From contig JYFJ02000229.1 of assembly GCA_000934665.2 (NCBI GenBank), positions 1-64,000 of the forward strand: a DNA stretch of 64,000 nt, written 5' to 3'. Shown in pieces: positions 12,572-26,305 of the stretch; the stretch's first letter is position 1, and every line of letters starts with the position of its first letter. The translations under genes and the position numbers were made by a program. Below the pieces are notes generated by a model that was not told the DNA's origin, searched no databases, and saw only the letters and a program-made list of their open reading frames with translations. The stretch is from Catajapyx aquilonaris. Lineage: Eukaryota.

Positions 12572-15163
12572 TATATAGAACATTATAACTGAGAGGGGTC
12601 AAGTAGACACTGCAGTTCAATTTCCCCACGACCCCACCCAACCAGTGGTCATATCATTGCACCTCATTCAGCGGCAAATCCAGGTTGCCAGAGCCATCTT
12701 GAAGGGTCCTCAATGACGGGCTTCCCTTAACCCTTCAAAAACTCGATCCGCTCTTCGGATGCTCATGCAAGGATGCTTCTGTGTCAAGCGGCAACCAGGA
12801 CCCACGTAAATCCGCTTCAAAGTCCTAGTATGGACACTCCCATAAAATTATTTTCAGTCACATTTTGAAATTGAATTATTGCTATCCGTTTTAATTATTT
12901 AAATAGCAATACAACTACTATCCGGCACTGCATAACATGTTCACAAACGGCGTCAAAGATCTTTGGGCACACCCTGGTCAACAAGCGTAATTGCATTATT
13001 TTCTTGGCTTGTTGAAGTGTTACTACAGTACTACTCCAGAATAAATCCAATAATGATAGGGTCCAGAATTTTTAAACCTAAAAAAAACACCGCCTCTCTG
13101 AGCATGTTTCTCTTTGCCAATTCTGTGTATGACAACTTGAGCGAGCATTTGTCCAAACCCTGCGAATTTCATCCATACTGTGCAAGTACAGAGATTGGAT
13201 TAATTCGTCGCACTTACTGTGTAAGCAGCAATTTTGCTCGCTTGTACCCCCTGCCCCCTGATATTCTCATTTCTGTGCTACCAATCTAAACACTGGACTG
13301 GGCTAGGGGAGTGACTTTATTAAATCGGTCTCCCTCCATGCCTGGGCTAAATTAATTCGCAAAATAAAAAAGTTCGCAGCGTGCGTATTGATTGCAATTT
13401 TAATATTGGCTATCAGAGGCAGTTATTTTGATGAACGATTAGCTCTCCACTATGCTGATCGAATCTCATTAGTAAGCGCGAAAGCCCCTCTGGGATGGAG
13501 GCTTCATCATCGCCATTTCCCTCCCTCTCCTCCCTTCTCCCACTTTTCGGGAGGAACAATGGTGGATCAAAGATGTTTGTACGCATGCGCCTAGCCAACT
13601 AACGTCCAGCTCTTTGAGACTTGTGCAAAATTTGCCGTTTTCTGATATTCCCTTGGGGATTATTTTGACTCCGGGGCGTGGTCTAATCGGTAACCGATGG
13701 CAACTGTGGGGGGTGCGAGAAACCTAATAAGAGACACCGACTTCTGGGTACAGAAATGCTGCAGAAATGAGAACTTGGACGACTGTTCTCCAAAGTTTGC
13801 TCTATCAAGACCGGTTGCCAAAAATATTGGATGAGAATAATTGGAAGCGCTATGTTTGTTGGAAAGGTCCTGCTGCACCTGCGGCTGCACGTTTTGTTGC
13901 AGTCGATTACGTCAAACACTCATAAAACGTCACCATTATTCCTCCCAATTGAACGTTCCTCATGATTAATTCTGCTGTTTCGGATCAAATTGCGGCCATG
14001 TTGATCACAAATAATGGAATTTTACGATGGCGGCACTACAAGTCGATGCCTTTCAACTGTCATTAATTCCTACCGGGCTTACATAGTTTTACTGGATGAA
14101 CTCGAAACTTAGTGACGTTTAGGGATACTTTTAGTGGCGTTTATGCGACAGTGTTACGTCACTTTTACTTTGGGCAGTGTTCTGGCTTATCAGTCGGCTT
14201 TAATAAGTGTTACCATTTTTCTTGCTCAAGCCTGAAATAATGACAAACTCTGAAAAATAAGATGAGACAGTTAACTCTAAAAGGGCTGAATAATGACGGT
14301 AAAAAATAATATTCCATAATTTGGTATACATGACCCACCTGCGTAAATTATGCCGTCATAACAGGTCATTTTAATTGGGGTGGGGGGAGGTTCATTTACT
14401 TTCCCCCAACCCTTACCCTTCACCAATGTTATCGTACTTGATTTATGGACAGATTTTATGAGTTAAAATGTGGAGGGTGCTGAAAGCCACCTCGAAAAGG
14501 CGCTTAAGTCACCTGAAAGATTATAAACTGGACAGATGTTACTGTCTTTCTAGCCTTGCGTGCGACCCAGTAATTGAGGGTTAGATAGAAAAGACCGATA
14601 GTCCATATCTACATCAAAAATGAGCCAACAGGTGGCAGATGTCCTTCATAATTATCCACTCTCAAACGCATTAATAATAAAAACTGTTCCGTGAGAATAG
14701 CTCACAAGTATACGCTAGGAGTGATTACTACTTTACAAGGGTGTAGATGTGATTTGCATGTGACTCTCCAACATACCTATCACGCATCGAGTTGGGTAAG
14801 TAATTAATGGTTGCTATAGGATAGACTAAAATCCAGTTGTTACACCCGGATTTTCCTCGCACCAAAGTTGAGTCGGACTCTGAGGTTGCGAAACTTGAAT
14901 CGTTGCATGTCATTAAACATTACGATACCGTTTACATGGCATTAGGAGTAGGGAAAGGGAGAGCTGGAATTCTGAGCGTGTATAAATTGGACTGTTCTAC
15001 TTTAGCTTGAGAAAATTGCTAGGACCAGTAAATCCCTGTAAAATTCAGTGGACTTCGGATCTATTTGGTAGTCCAACTGTGTAGCATTTGCAGTTGAAGT
15101 AGCCACCCACTTATTTCATTAGACCTACGCAACCTGGTTTCAGTATTCTAGGATATGTCAATA

Positions 15164-15246
15164 GAGGTAGCCCCCATCTTACGACGGGGTTAGGTTCCAG
15201 CAAAACAGGGTCGTAAAATGAAAAGTCGCAGTAGGAGGCCTACCTC
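15164..15246. mobile_element. Very short pogo/Tigger-like MITE remnant
   Basis: TA-GAGGTAGCCCCCATCTTACGAC ... GTCGCAGTAGGAGGCCTACCTC-TA; imperfect 22-bp inverted ends. Confidence 0.45.
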
Positions 15247-16493
15247 TACGTATATATAACAATAGGCTCAGGGGTGTTGGACCAATGTCTCATTTCAATT
15301 TTTGGTTCTTTCAAATTTTTCAAATTTTTCATTTTTGAGGTACTTTTGAATTACCTGCATCAATGGCTCAATGAAAATTGTGTATGTTCAATGAAAAACA
15401 GATAATTTCCAGAAATTTTCCTCTTTCATTATGAATTATTTGGTCCACACAACAGACAATCGAGTCAACCTACTAAGTAGGCTCGTACTAATTTTAATTC
15501 TAATGCATATTAATAAAAACAATTTTTCCCCCTCAAACGCAATATTTTTCTTATTCATATCAGCAATCAGAAATTTCGAAACAAATTTTACTATTAAGGT
15601 CCATGCAAGCTCAATACGCTTAAAATAGAACATACCTTTTAGTTTCCGGCAAGTCACGTCCACTGCACGGAGGTAAGTGTAGAATAGGCTTGCCACATTT
15701 CATTTGAGCAGAAAAGGGAAAGAATAGCAGACGTCAAATGGGACCTTCACGCCCAGGAGGAAGGTAGGCAAAGAAAAGGGAAGGAAAGCAGGAAGAAGAA
15801 AAAAAACAGTAGCAAGCATTCCAAAGCCCGTAAAAGATGGTGACACGGTCAACTTCCATCTTGGAATCGTGCATTCACAGGGAAAGCCAGCCTTCGATCG
15901 GATCATAAACGCTTGAGGCTCTATTGTGTGGAGGTAATACCCTGGGCAGAGACCTCTTTTCCAGAGGCGCATCTGACGAGGATCATTTCATCTCAATGCC
16001 AGCCGCGTCCGGAAAAGAAGCCAGCAGCTCCTGGAGGCATAAAGGGGGGGGGGGGGGAAGGCTTGAAGGGTAGGAGGGACGACAACTCCCAACTTCCTCA
16101 ACACCATTTTCTTCTTCCACCTCTCACCTGAAACATTTCTCACCTCACAACTTCATCAAGGGGAGGCTGGCCGTGAAAAGGCACAATTTGACCTTTCATA
16201 ACGCAAGGATGGCTGTCCTCAAACTCTGGGCCAACGTCCCGTGAAGACACGAGGATTGAATGTGAAAAAAGTGGAGACAAGAGGAGGCAAGGGGGGTACC
16301 GGGGATGTGTAGGACTGACTGGCGCATAAAACAAATTTGAGCCCAGGCATTTATCGGATGAGCCAGCTGCTAGGGCATCCGGCATTTCATCCATTTTTCA
16401 AACGCTATCCGAGGCCGTCCGGCCAAGTTTACAGAAGAGAAAGCTCTCCGGTTGACTCATGAATTTGGGAGGGCCTTTGGGTGGACCCCCCCC

Positions 16494-16498
16494 NNNNN
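16494..16498. other. Assembly gap (5 N) inside a poly-C tract
   Basis: nnnnn flanked by C runs on both sides. Confidence 0.99.
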
Positions 16499-17271
16499 CC
16501 CCCCCCCCCCCATCCCATACCCCGTCGCCTAAGTCCGAGACGACAGCCTGGGCCTCACGTTTTTTTACTTTTTCCACTACTCATGGCCTTTCACCTCAGT
16601 GCTCACCAATATGTCAGTGACTGAAGCCTATTCAATCGAAATGTCACAGAGCGTCCTTCTCATCTACATTTCAGTGCTCTTAAGGGATACTGACACCCCT
16701 CTTTCGACTAATGTTTCACAGAAAGGTCTTAAAAATCCGTTCCGGACATTTGTCCGATAGCCTTACTGTTCGCAAGCTGTGATTTTTGGATAATCAAGAG
16801 GCGATAAAAAACGAGTTGTCGAATTATGACATTTATGCGCCACTTAGTCTGGGTTGGGAGGACGTGGGCTGTACGGAATTGCCAAAATCAGGCATTACAT
16901 ACGCTCCTACTTTTGTGCGTGTTCCCAATGCACATTTAATATTTGCATATCAAAAATTTCTGTAAAGTGAAGATTTGAAATTCTTTCACAATTTAGTTAA
17001 ATCAGGCATTACGAAATACGTACAGTCCCTACAGTACCTTCTAATGTTTCTTTTAGAGCAATTGTAGTCAACCAGAGAAATGCACAGTACGGACAGTGCA
17101 TCTTCAAACGTTCGTCTCTCACTCGATTGTGATTGGTCATATACTCATATTCTAATAAGCAAACTGTAGTATAGGACTGTTGTACTACCTAATAGTATTG
17201 GCTGAAGTCATCAGAACAAGCACAGTCGCCAAAATAGACACGTGAACAATCCCAGTTCATAGAAAATACAT

Positions 17272-17277
17272 TTTATT
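17272..17277 (-). promoter_or_regulatory. Candidate polyadenylation signal AATAAA
   Basis: AATAAA followed by U/GU-rich sequence about 2.4 kb after the stop codon; another AATAAA at 17736-17731. I saw none nearer the stop. Confidence 0.25.
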
Positions 17278-19698
17278 AACATGAAATCACTGTACAATCT
17301 CACGGATTGGAGTAGAAATCCCCGACAATAGTTTTGGTACGGGAGCAATGACGAGACAGGATCCGAACCATTGATGCCTCGACTCAAAAAACCAAGGCCA
17401 AACTTTGAGAGCAAGTAACGCAAAAAAACACTGCACGATTAAGCGGTAGTACAGTAATTATGTGGAACCTGGCTAAGCGCACGGGGGTTTTGTGCCTTGG
17501 CGTGGAGAATCGAGGTTATCGGATTTAGACTTGGCCGCCGTTCAAGCTGTCAAAAATCGTAGCGCTTTCATTTTTCAGAGGATTTTCTTGTGCTGTGCAA
17601 TGCGTCTGTTGGTTAAGGGGGCAAGTGGAGAGAGAAAAGCGGCCAGGCTGCGACGTCTCTGGGTTTCAGCGAGAAAATGCTTGCTGGCTGTCGCTCTCTC
17701 GCTGCCGACCAGTCGCTCTGGATGCCCACTTTTATTGCTGCTTCGATCATCTCCACCTCATCTTGTACGTCTTCTGCCGCACTCGCCATTCCTCCCAGGA
17801 AATATAGTATACCATACTACACTGATATCAGTCTTGGCTTTTTCACCGTTTTCTCAGACAACAACGACACACATTTTTTCTTCTTTTTCGTCTTCTTCGT
17901 CATCGACTTTGAACGCTGTGAACAAAGTACAGAATTGACATATTTTGCAAATAACAAACACCATTAAATTTTTTTTAGCTGGCGCTATTAATGGGGTGAC
18001 AATTATCTTTTTAAGGGTTTTTTTTCTTTAAGTAACCAACCACGGAGACTGTGGCCTGGATAGTGGGAGGGCATCACCCACTAATTCTGCAGACTACACT
18101 CAGTCTTTTTTTTGGGTGTGGGGGGAGCAGTAATAAAATGTAAGAAATTGAAAGGTCGGATCTAGAGTATCCCAACAGGAAATTGTAAAGCAACAAGAAA
18201 AAGGTGCTGTTTCCACATTCATCTTTCTTTTTTTCCCCCCGAACCTCAAAAGTTTCAAGTGTCACGCCAATTTTTTTAAAAACTTTCCCCTTTCCTTCTC
18301 CCAACTTGTTGGCAATATATTATATATTTTCCTACTCTCCTGTCTCAGCTTTTTTTTTCGTTTCCTTCCCTGAACGTTCCTTCCTTCCTTCCTTTCTGCC
18401 TGCAGAGGATTTAATCACGCCTTGCCGAATTGTCGCAGGCTGGGGCGTGCAGAGTGGCGGATCTGGCCTTAAAGCCGGATGGCAGCTCTGGGGAGATGGA
18501 TGGCGGTAGCGCACTCCTCATTCGCGGTGACATTGACGAGCATTCAAATCGCAGGATTGTGTGGCCGGCCGGCAGAAGCAGCAGCCTCGGGAACTGGGAT
18601 CGATCCTAACCCAAGCCTTACTTACTACCCTGCCTCCAGCCCCCCCTCACTTCGCCCAAATATTTTCTCAACCGCACAGGCCCTTCTGCGTTATGATTTT
18701 CCGTTTTCACGTCCGTTTTCTGGAAAGTTTTTCTTCCAGCTACCCATTTCCTCATCCATTTTTTGGGGGTACAAAAATGTAAAGGTAAAAAGTTCGTACT
18801 GGAACCGACTGAGCCAGGTATGTTAATTAAAATTTAAGGTGGGTGGGCAAATAGCGATATGCCACGTTTGCAATTCCCACTTCTGAAAATAAGGCGCTTA
18901 GTTATTATATTGTGATAGTGACAAATATGACAGTTATCAAAATTGAGCTGATACCATACTAGTTTCAGTGATACAAAAGAGCTCAAAATCACTCGTCCAC
19001 ATTAAATGCTAGAGCGTTCTCTAATGGAAATGGAAGTGTAATCAGTTTCAGTGATATATCCAATTTTCCAACTAAGCTTCTCAATTGGGATTTCAGGCTT
19101 AAATGATCGACCATCATTGCAGTGTGCCTTATCAGTCATCACCATATTGACCTGAACACCACCTCGGTACAAATATTCAACACGACCGTTGAGAGAAGGA
19201 AAGCAGATCCATGTAATCACTTTACCCAAAGCATGTCTCATGACACTGCACTTCCGCGATAATTTGACCTGTCCGGAGTGAGAAAGTGCGTGTACCTAAA
19301 TGTATCGGTACACAATTTTCCGAATTAACTTTCGAATTTGATGGTAAACAGAGCTTAGAGCAAGAACACGTACAGGCGTTTTTTGAAGAAAAGCTTTCAC
19401 CTATAACTGCGTGGAAACATATTCGGTGATAGTCGTCACGAAGTTACAAAAAGACGTTGTTAGAGGAGAAATTTTGTCACATTGTTGACCGCGGGTGAAT
19501 CTCATATCAAAAGGGAAGTGTATGTACCGCCTGGTATCGCTGTACCGTGACCGATTTGCAAAGCTAACGAAACTCCTACATGCTTGCAGGAGAGCAAACA
19601 TGGCGTTGCTCCGTAAAGCGACAACGCCAAGGAAGGGAAGCCTACACCGTCGTCTCCATGTCTACCTGAATGTAGTCTACAGAATTGGGCGCCTTTTG

Positions 19699-21027
19699 TC
19701 AGCAGATGGAGTCCTTGCCATCGATAATGATCTCTTCGGTGGGCACTCTCTTGGCGCCCTTCTTCTTCTTCTTCTTTTTCTTGTGCCGCTTGCGACACTT
19801 GTGCACCAGAGTACTCAGCACCAACAAAATCAGCACGGCCATGGAGCCAGCCCCGATGCAGATGTACAACAAAGGAATAGTGAAGCTGGTGCAATTGTCC
19901 TCCGCCTCGTCAAAGCCCGAGGGACAATGAGGTGCTCCGTCGCACCAGAGCTCGCCACTGATGCAGGCATTGAGCTCAGGACACCGATGCAAGCACTCGT
20001 GCCGCTCCGTCGACACTAAACTGGACACTGGCTGGAAGGGCCTGCGGGACACTTCGATCCATTTTACCACGTACACTCCCGGCTCATGGGCCCGAAACTC
20101 CACCAGGACGTTCCGTGCCAGGTCCTCCTCCGCGTCAAACGGATCACCCCCTCGCCGATATACCCTAGACGTGGCTACTGTGACGTTCCAACCTCCGGAG
20201 AATACGTCCACGTACGAGTTGAGCTCACGGGGCACCGGACACACCAGTCTGGAATTCCGAGTGCTCTTCTCCGCATATATGGCAATGCGATTCAAGCTAG
20301 GGCACAGGACGTTCGGTCCCAGCTCGTAACCCTGCACTTGCAGGTACAAGAAGTTGCCTGGTTCCTCAGGTTCTATCAGCCAGGGATGGTTCTCGCATTG
20401 GACGTCCTCGCTTAATTCGCTTGGGCTCCGTAATACGATTTCCCCGCTAGAGCCTCGTACTCGTAGGTTCCGGCCACACTGGGGCGTCTTGATAAACTCG
20501 TACGTGCCTTCGAAGAAGAAGTCGCGATAATCGTGCGTGATGTTCATGAAGGTGATGGTCAGATTGAGCTCCACGATGCTGGCAGTGGACTCGAAGTTGA
20601 CTGGGGCGCGGTCACCCGAGCAGAAGCATTGTCGGGCTATCTGGACGTCCGGCCAGGGGTACTCGGACAGCCACAGTTCGCCGGTCAGATTACTGCGAGT
20701 GAAGCAGGTATGGCGCTTCATGGCATGGTCGTAACGAGTCTCGCAACCTCGATTGCCTAATCGGAACTTGGTCAGTTGGAGTTTGATACGCTCGTTGGAC
20801 TGTCCCTGGAAGCGGTATGTGCAGCTCAGGTTCTGAATTCCGCCTCGGCCGAACATGAACACGTTACGAGGGGAGCGGAAACGACCGGTGTGAGGACCTG
20901 GGTTCGAGCTCCTGAACAGGCGGTCGCAGATCCCGCCTGAAGCCATGGCTTCGCCATCCAACGAGTTGTCCACAAATTCGTAACGTAAATGGAACGTCAC
21001 AGGATGCAGTGCAGTAGCTTCTTTCAC
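19699..21027 (-). CDS. Coding exon 4 (terminal, 1329 nt): CUB-like modules, atypical LDLa, TM helix, cytoplasmic tail
   Basis: Acceptor gtctttctcag|GTG at 21028/21027; GRFRSPRNVF...SCTYRF...ERIKLQLTKF is CUB-like; LDLa-like CLHRCPELNACISGELWCDGAPHCPSGFDEAEDNC (19995-19891); TM IPLLYICIGAGSMAVLILLVLSTLV (19878-19804); tail ends DSIC-stop. Matches ORF 19699..21042. Confidence 0.95.
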   Translation of the reverse strand: MKEATALHPVTFHLRYEFVDNSLDGEAMASGGICDRLFRSSNPGPHTGRFRSPRNVFMFGRGGIQNLSCTYRFQGQSNERIKLQLTKFRLGNRGCETRYDHAMKRHTCFTRSNLTGELWLSEYPWPDVQIARQCFCSGDRAPVNFESTASIVELNLTITFMNITHDYRDFFFEGTYEFIKTPQCGRNLRVRGSSGEIVLRSPSELSEDVQCENHPWLIEPEEPGNFLYLQVQGYELGPNVLCPSLNRIAIYAEKSTRNSRLVCPVPRELNSYVDVFSGGWNVTVATSRVYRRGGDPFDAEEDLARNVLVEFRAHEPGVYVVKWIEVSRRPFQPVSSLVSTERHECLHRCPELNACISGELWCDGAPHCPSGFDEAEDNCTSFTIPLLYICIGAGSMAVLILLVLSTLVHKCRKRHKKKKKKKKGAKRVPTEEIIIDGKDSIC

Positions 21028-24000
21028 CTGAGAAAGACACAAGACGCACTCTGTTAATTTACAATCAAGGTTTCATTAGTACAGGTCAGATATCGCGAAT
21101 GTGATTACAGTAGCTAACTTTTCTGCACCATAGGCAAAATGCTGATTAGAACCAGGTTTAAGTTATATTTTAGAACGTCAGTGGGCTATCTCATTTCTGA
21201 TTACCCCCGTAGTCTCCTGCAATGTCTATCCCCTACCAGCCTGTGAAAAAGTTCATGTCCCATGAGAGCCTTGGGGCTGCAATACAGGATCAAAATGGCC
21301 CATACTGAGTTATAATGGGCCTGTTGCCTGCTCTAATAACAACCCCAGAAATTCCGTACAGAAAGGGGAAAAGTGGAAGCTGGGGAGGAAACGGCAGATA
21401 GCCAAAACAAATTATTCGAGTCCAAAGATTAATGCCCTGGCATTTATTTCTGCCCGAACTTGGTACAAATCAGATACTGGTTTTGCACTCCTGCCAAAAT
21501 ATTAGGGGAAAGCGCCGTTGCTCAAGTGGCATGATGTCCTTTCTTATAATCTCTCCGCCTCTGAGCGACCTTTTCAGGCTCGAATATGGGAGGGAAAAAT
21601 GGGAGAGAGAGTTTCGTACCATCTCAGTAAACTTGCAGGAGGACTGTATTCCACTTGCCCAACTTGTTTTCAGATATTGTAAAATGTAAACAAGTGGGTG
21701 TTTTCCATATACTGTACTTCCACAAAAGCAGGGTTTGAAAAATCCGCAACATTATGTCCTTCCACAAAGTGTTGCCTGCGGGATTTGGCAGGATAAATGA
21801 ACTTTTCTGACTCTTTCTACTAACTGACGTAAATGCGATTATGGGCTACTCAGGATGTGTCACCAGGAAATCGTAACACGGAGGCGGACATTATTTTCTC
21901 CTTTGTGAATACAGTGCCGCACAGATATCAACGGGACAAGTTCGTTCTACTTGGTACTAGAGGGAAATAATTTTTAAAATGCTGTGAAGTCCTGCGAGCT
22001 GTGTACAGTACTACTATAGGTATTAACTGCATTTCATTACTGAATGAGTCTGTCAGACAGTTGACTTTACATGTGAATATTCAGGTGTTTCATGTTTTAT
22101 TGTTGTAGAAGAGGTATAGTGCAAGTGGGACAAGTCTCATATTATATTTACAGCTACAATTTACACTGATGATGTGATATTTTCTTTCATCATTGTCCTA
22201 TTCATGTGCATCTTATGGCGAGGTTATGAGATTACAACAGTATTTGACCAGTTTGCCACAAAATAACCGATAGGTCTCACTTGGTAGACTTTACTTTGCC
22301 AACTGTAAACTGACATGAGCTTGTAGCGCAGTTGCAAAGGTTAACTCTTGGATTACTCGTACAAGGTATTGACGAGGTAGTTATCGGAGAGGTTAGGAGG
22401 CATCACACGACCATGATGTTCAGATAGGTGAACTGATACTGGCTTTCGAGAAAGCAAGCAGCGACTATTGACTATGTTAAAATTGGTATGGGCAAATGCG
22501 TCCGAGTTCAATGCTGAGCAGGAACAAAATCCTTCAGAACTGTAATCTGCGAAATATTACATTTCAGCTTGTGCTAAAATGTAATACTTTATTTATATAA
22601 CAGCCTATTAATGTTATGCATAATTTTTTTTAAATTGTACACTGATAGCCACTACATTGGACTATCGAATAGCAAATATGTAAGTGGTGAGGCATTATTA
22701 CAGCAGCACGTAAGAAAAAAACTCATCAGCTTAAATGCTTGGAAACGATGATATCCTTACTTTAACTGAAAAATGTTGCAATACTATGAATCTTAATTTA
22801 GGCAGAACTTTGTGGCAACTGGACGAACTTATGTTGAAAACTCTCAATAAGGTTAAAACCTCCTATTGACTTTTCCGTCGCTGCGCCTACACCTCTGTTC
22901 ACAGCAGTGCGCATGAATGTGGGAAGGCGTGTGAAGATCAGTGTAAAACTAAGACGGTTTTCGCCTTAAAGGACAAAGAATCATACCAGAACAACTATAT
23001 TTTTATTGGTCACAAGTGGAAAAAAATCTGCACCATATACGTATAATTAACAAAATTAGGGTAGTGCAAAGCAAGTTCACTTTAACCACCTAATGCGTTA
23101 TAAAAGCTGGTCATGTCAGACCATCACACCTCGATGTACTATACAGGTCTCCATATATGCACTGCACTATAATGAATTACAGAGTATTGCCCTCCAGCCA
23201 GCCAAGCGGCTCCTGACTTCCTAAAAAAAGTTTGAAAACCTGATGTAGGGCAAGGTGCTTGTTTTGTAATACACTTTTTCATTAGGTCACTAATTTAAAA
23301 ACCAGCAAAAAAATCGGAGGTCTGTGGCATTAACTGAGGTAAAATGTGGTGCACGTTCCATTAATGTGCGTCAGTAATTTAACAAAGGAAAGGCGCCGAG
23401 CAAAATTTAGTGCGGAAAAAGTGAGACTCTTTGAACTCTTGCACGATCCAGTGAATAGTGTCCAAAAATTTGGCGCATGATGCATGTGCTGCGGTCAGCA
23501 AAGACGACTTGGCCTTCATTACAGGGCTAAACAGCATAAAATTATATAGCAAAATAGTAAACATTTTGAGAGCAGAGTTAAAGACCATGCTAAAGAGATT
23601 ACTTTAGGGCAGAACTGTAAATATCATTTTATAGAGAGTGCGCTAAATATTAAATATAATATACGCCTCTTATGTACTGCTACATGGTGACTGTTCTGTT
23701 AATTTTGTAAATAGGACGAGGTTACTTTTGACTGCTAGACTGCTAGTTTTATGCATGTAAATCATAATTATGAGGTACTTCAGAAGGCAATCAGGCAGTC
23801 ATTAACAAAGAGAATTATGAATAGCATCAACCTAACACACAGCCTTCAGGCTGATGCTGATTATTTAAGCCACATCTATTTAGTCAAATCACTCCAAAAA
23901 TCCGATTACATCGTGACATTTTGTTTGGTTAAAATATGAGAATGTATCTACTTGTCCGCTTGAGTGCAGTAACTCTGACAGTCCAGGTTGTGAAAGGGAA

Positions 24001-26236
24001 GACTCGATTCGGAAGGATGAGGTTGAGCGAAAATAAGCCGGAAGGGTCTCCGGAACAAGTGCAAGGGCCATATGACGGTTTCTTTGAAGTAGACTGGGGA
24101 GCATTTTAGGGTGTTTCCAGCAGGCGTGCATTCAAATGCAAGTCATAACTTGCTTTGCCGAGCAGTTCTTCTTGCCGTCAACTCCTCAATTTCACGCGCG
24201 GTTGCTTCTCCGCTTGCAAACTATTGCAGAGAAAACCGTTCCTCGAGCCAAGTGTCCATGGATTCCACTTCGGCTTCCGCACACCGCGTCAATGTTTTCA
24301 TTATTGAACTCACAAAGTTGGATTCACGGGAATGGGTGCTTGAATTTATTCCACAAATGTAGCCGGGGTAAACTCGATATTCTACGCCTGCAGTTGGTAT
24401 ATCCGAGGAAAATTTCCAGGAAAAGAAAATGCTGCTGTTCATCAATTAATGTATCGGCTCCTCAGCGACAAAAAAAAAATTGCTTCTTCGCTCGGACCAT
24501 TTTGTCAATAACTTATACATAATGCAACAGGGGAAAACCAAAATGTATATCCAAAAAATGACACACTTGTTTTCAACCTCGCCTGCTTTAGTGACAAGGA
24601 CACAAAAATACACTAAGGATTTCTTATACATAATTCGTTGCATGTACAGTACGTTAGAAAATGAGGCTGCTCTTAAGCTTTTCGTTCCTTGCTTGCATCT
24701 TCATCTTACTTTACCGGTGACCTTTTTATCGCCATGAGCCTAAAGTCTGAGAAAGACGTGCAGATCCATTACTCCCAGTGGCATTTGCACTGGCAGTCAG
24801 GAACACGCCCAAGTTCAACTGAGTGTAAAGAGGCTTTGGCGCAGAAACCTTGTAATTTTGAGGAGATAAATTAGATTATGAAGCGCCGCACTTGGCGGCT
24901 TCATATCCATGCTTGGTGTATTCGACGTGTATAAAGTGGAAAGGGTCGTGGTTTGAATATGACTCCAGCTTATGACCCATCACTCTGGATGATGAACAAG
25001 AAGAAGAAAATATCGGTGACCTATTAGGGGGTTGACATCAGTCCCATTCTATTCGGTGCTCCAACACCAGCCTTCCGTTACCATTCAAATCTCCTTACAA
25101 CAAGGCTCCCGCTTTTTTTTTCCGTTTGCCTAGAAAAGTTTTGTCAATAGTAGATATTGGAAAGAGGTTTAGTGCTTCCTTGCGCGCCGCAGACGACTAA
25201 GACAAGAGGAGAGACAGAGAGGAAGCGACATCCCCGAAGAGAAATAAATTCTTCGCTTCCGAAGACGGTCGCAAGTAGACAATCTGCGAGTCTCGGGATA
25301 AAAATACGGCCGGGTAGCAGGGGAGAAGCGAGTCAGAGAGAAACGTGAGAATATTCTGGGGATTTAGGAAACTGGAGTTGATTCGAGTCGGAAAATTACC
25401 TCAACTGGAAGAATACACACCGCACGTGCATACTATTGCACACACGAAGGGTCTGTTTGCAAGCTTGTGGGAGGGACAAGAGTGGAGAGCGGCTATTTTA
25501 CAAGGGAACCTAGTGTGCGTATGAACCAGGTTTGGATAACTTGCACATGCTTGTGGAGGTAGGTATTACATAACTTGTGCAAAGAGAGGATGGAAACGAA
25601 AAATAATGCTGAACTGGTTCCTCTTCAAGGCTCGTTCACAAAAACCCTAAACACTGCATGCGGCGGATTCGAAAATAGACACATACACATTTTATCTATT
25701 TAAAAAAAATGCTCCTGGAAAAAAAATGCCGCGGACGACTAGTTCCGGGAGAGTCCTGGGCACCTTATAACTCCATAATTATGTACACGACAGCGACAGT
25801 AATTTAAAAAAATAAAAAATTAAATCACAATCAAAGAAGCGCAACTGATGCGCCCACATACATATGTGGTGCCTGTCAGGGCAGGGCGCACCCCTCCCCC
25901 CCCTCCCCAGCTGGCGGGGTCAAGGGAAGGCCGCCATGGGTAACGCCCTTCCATGGGGCAAATATTGAGTAAAGTCTAATCGCACTTAAGAAAAATTAAT
26001 ATCGTCTAATTTTCGTGACATACAGTATAGTCATAATGAATTAAGGCTAAAATCAGGAGGTTCTGTGGGCTACCCATATAGGGATGGCGGTGTGGCGGTG
26101 TGGCGGAGTGCCTCCCACCAGACCAAGTCAGGGGGCAGGTGGAATGATGTCCTTCATATCGTCACTTTTAGTTATGTAATGTTATCACGCTCCAAATGTA
26201 GAAGTATTGAAGTTATTTATTTATTTAATGTTCAGT

Positions 26237-26238
<2 letters not shown>

Positions 26239-26305
<67 letters not shown>
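26239..26305. repeat. (TAA)22 microsatellite forming the tail of the adjacent SINE
   Basis: Uninterrupted TAA run of 67 bp starting at the edge of the SINE's left TSD. Confidence 0.97.

Noticed and set aside
16680..17044. Possible Kolobok-like element starting TTAAGGGATACTG
   Set aside because: Putative right end CAGTACCTTCTAA matches only 9 of 13 positions; too weak to call.
19495..20760. Several plus-strand ORFs of 65-174 aa
   Set aside because: Antisense shadows of the terminal coding exon.
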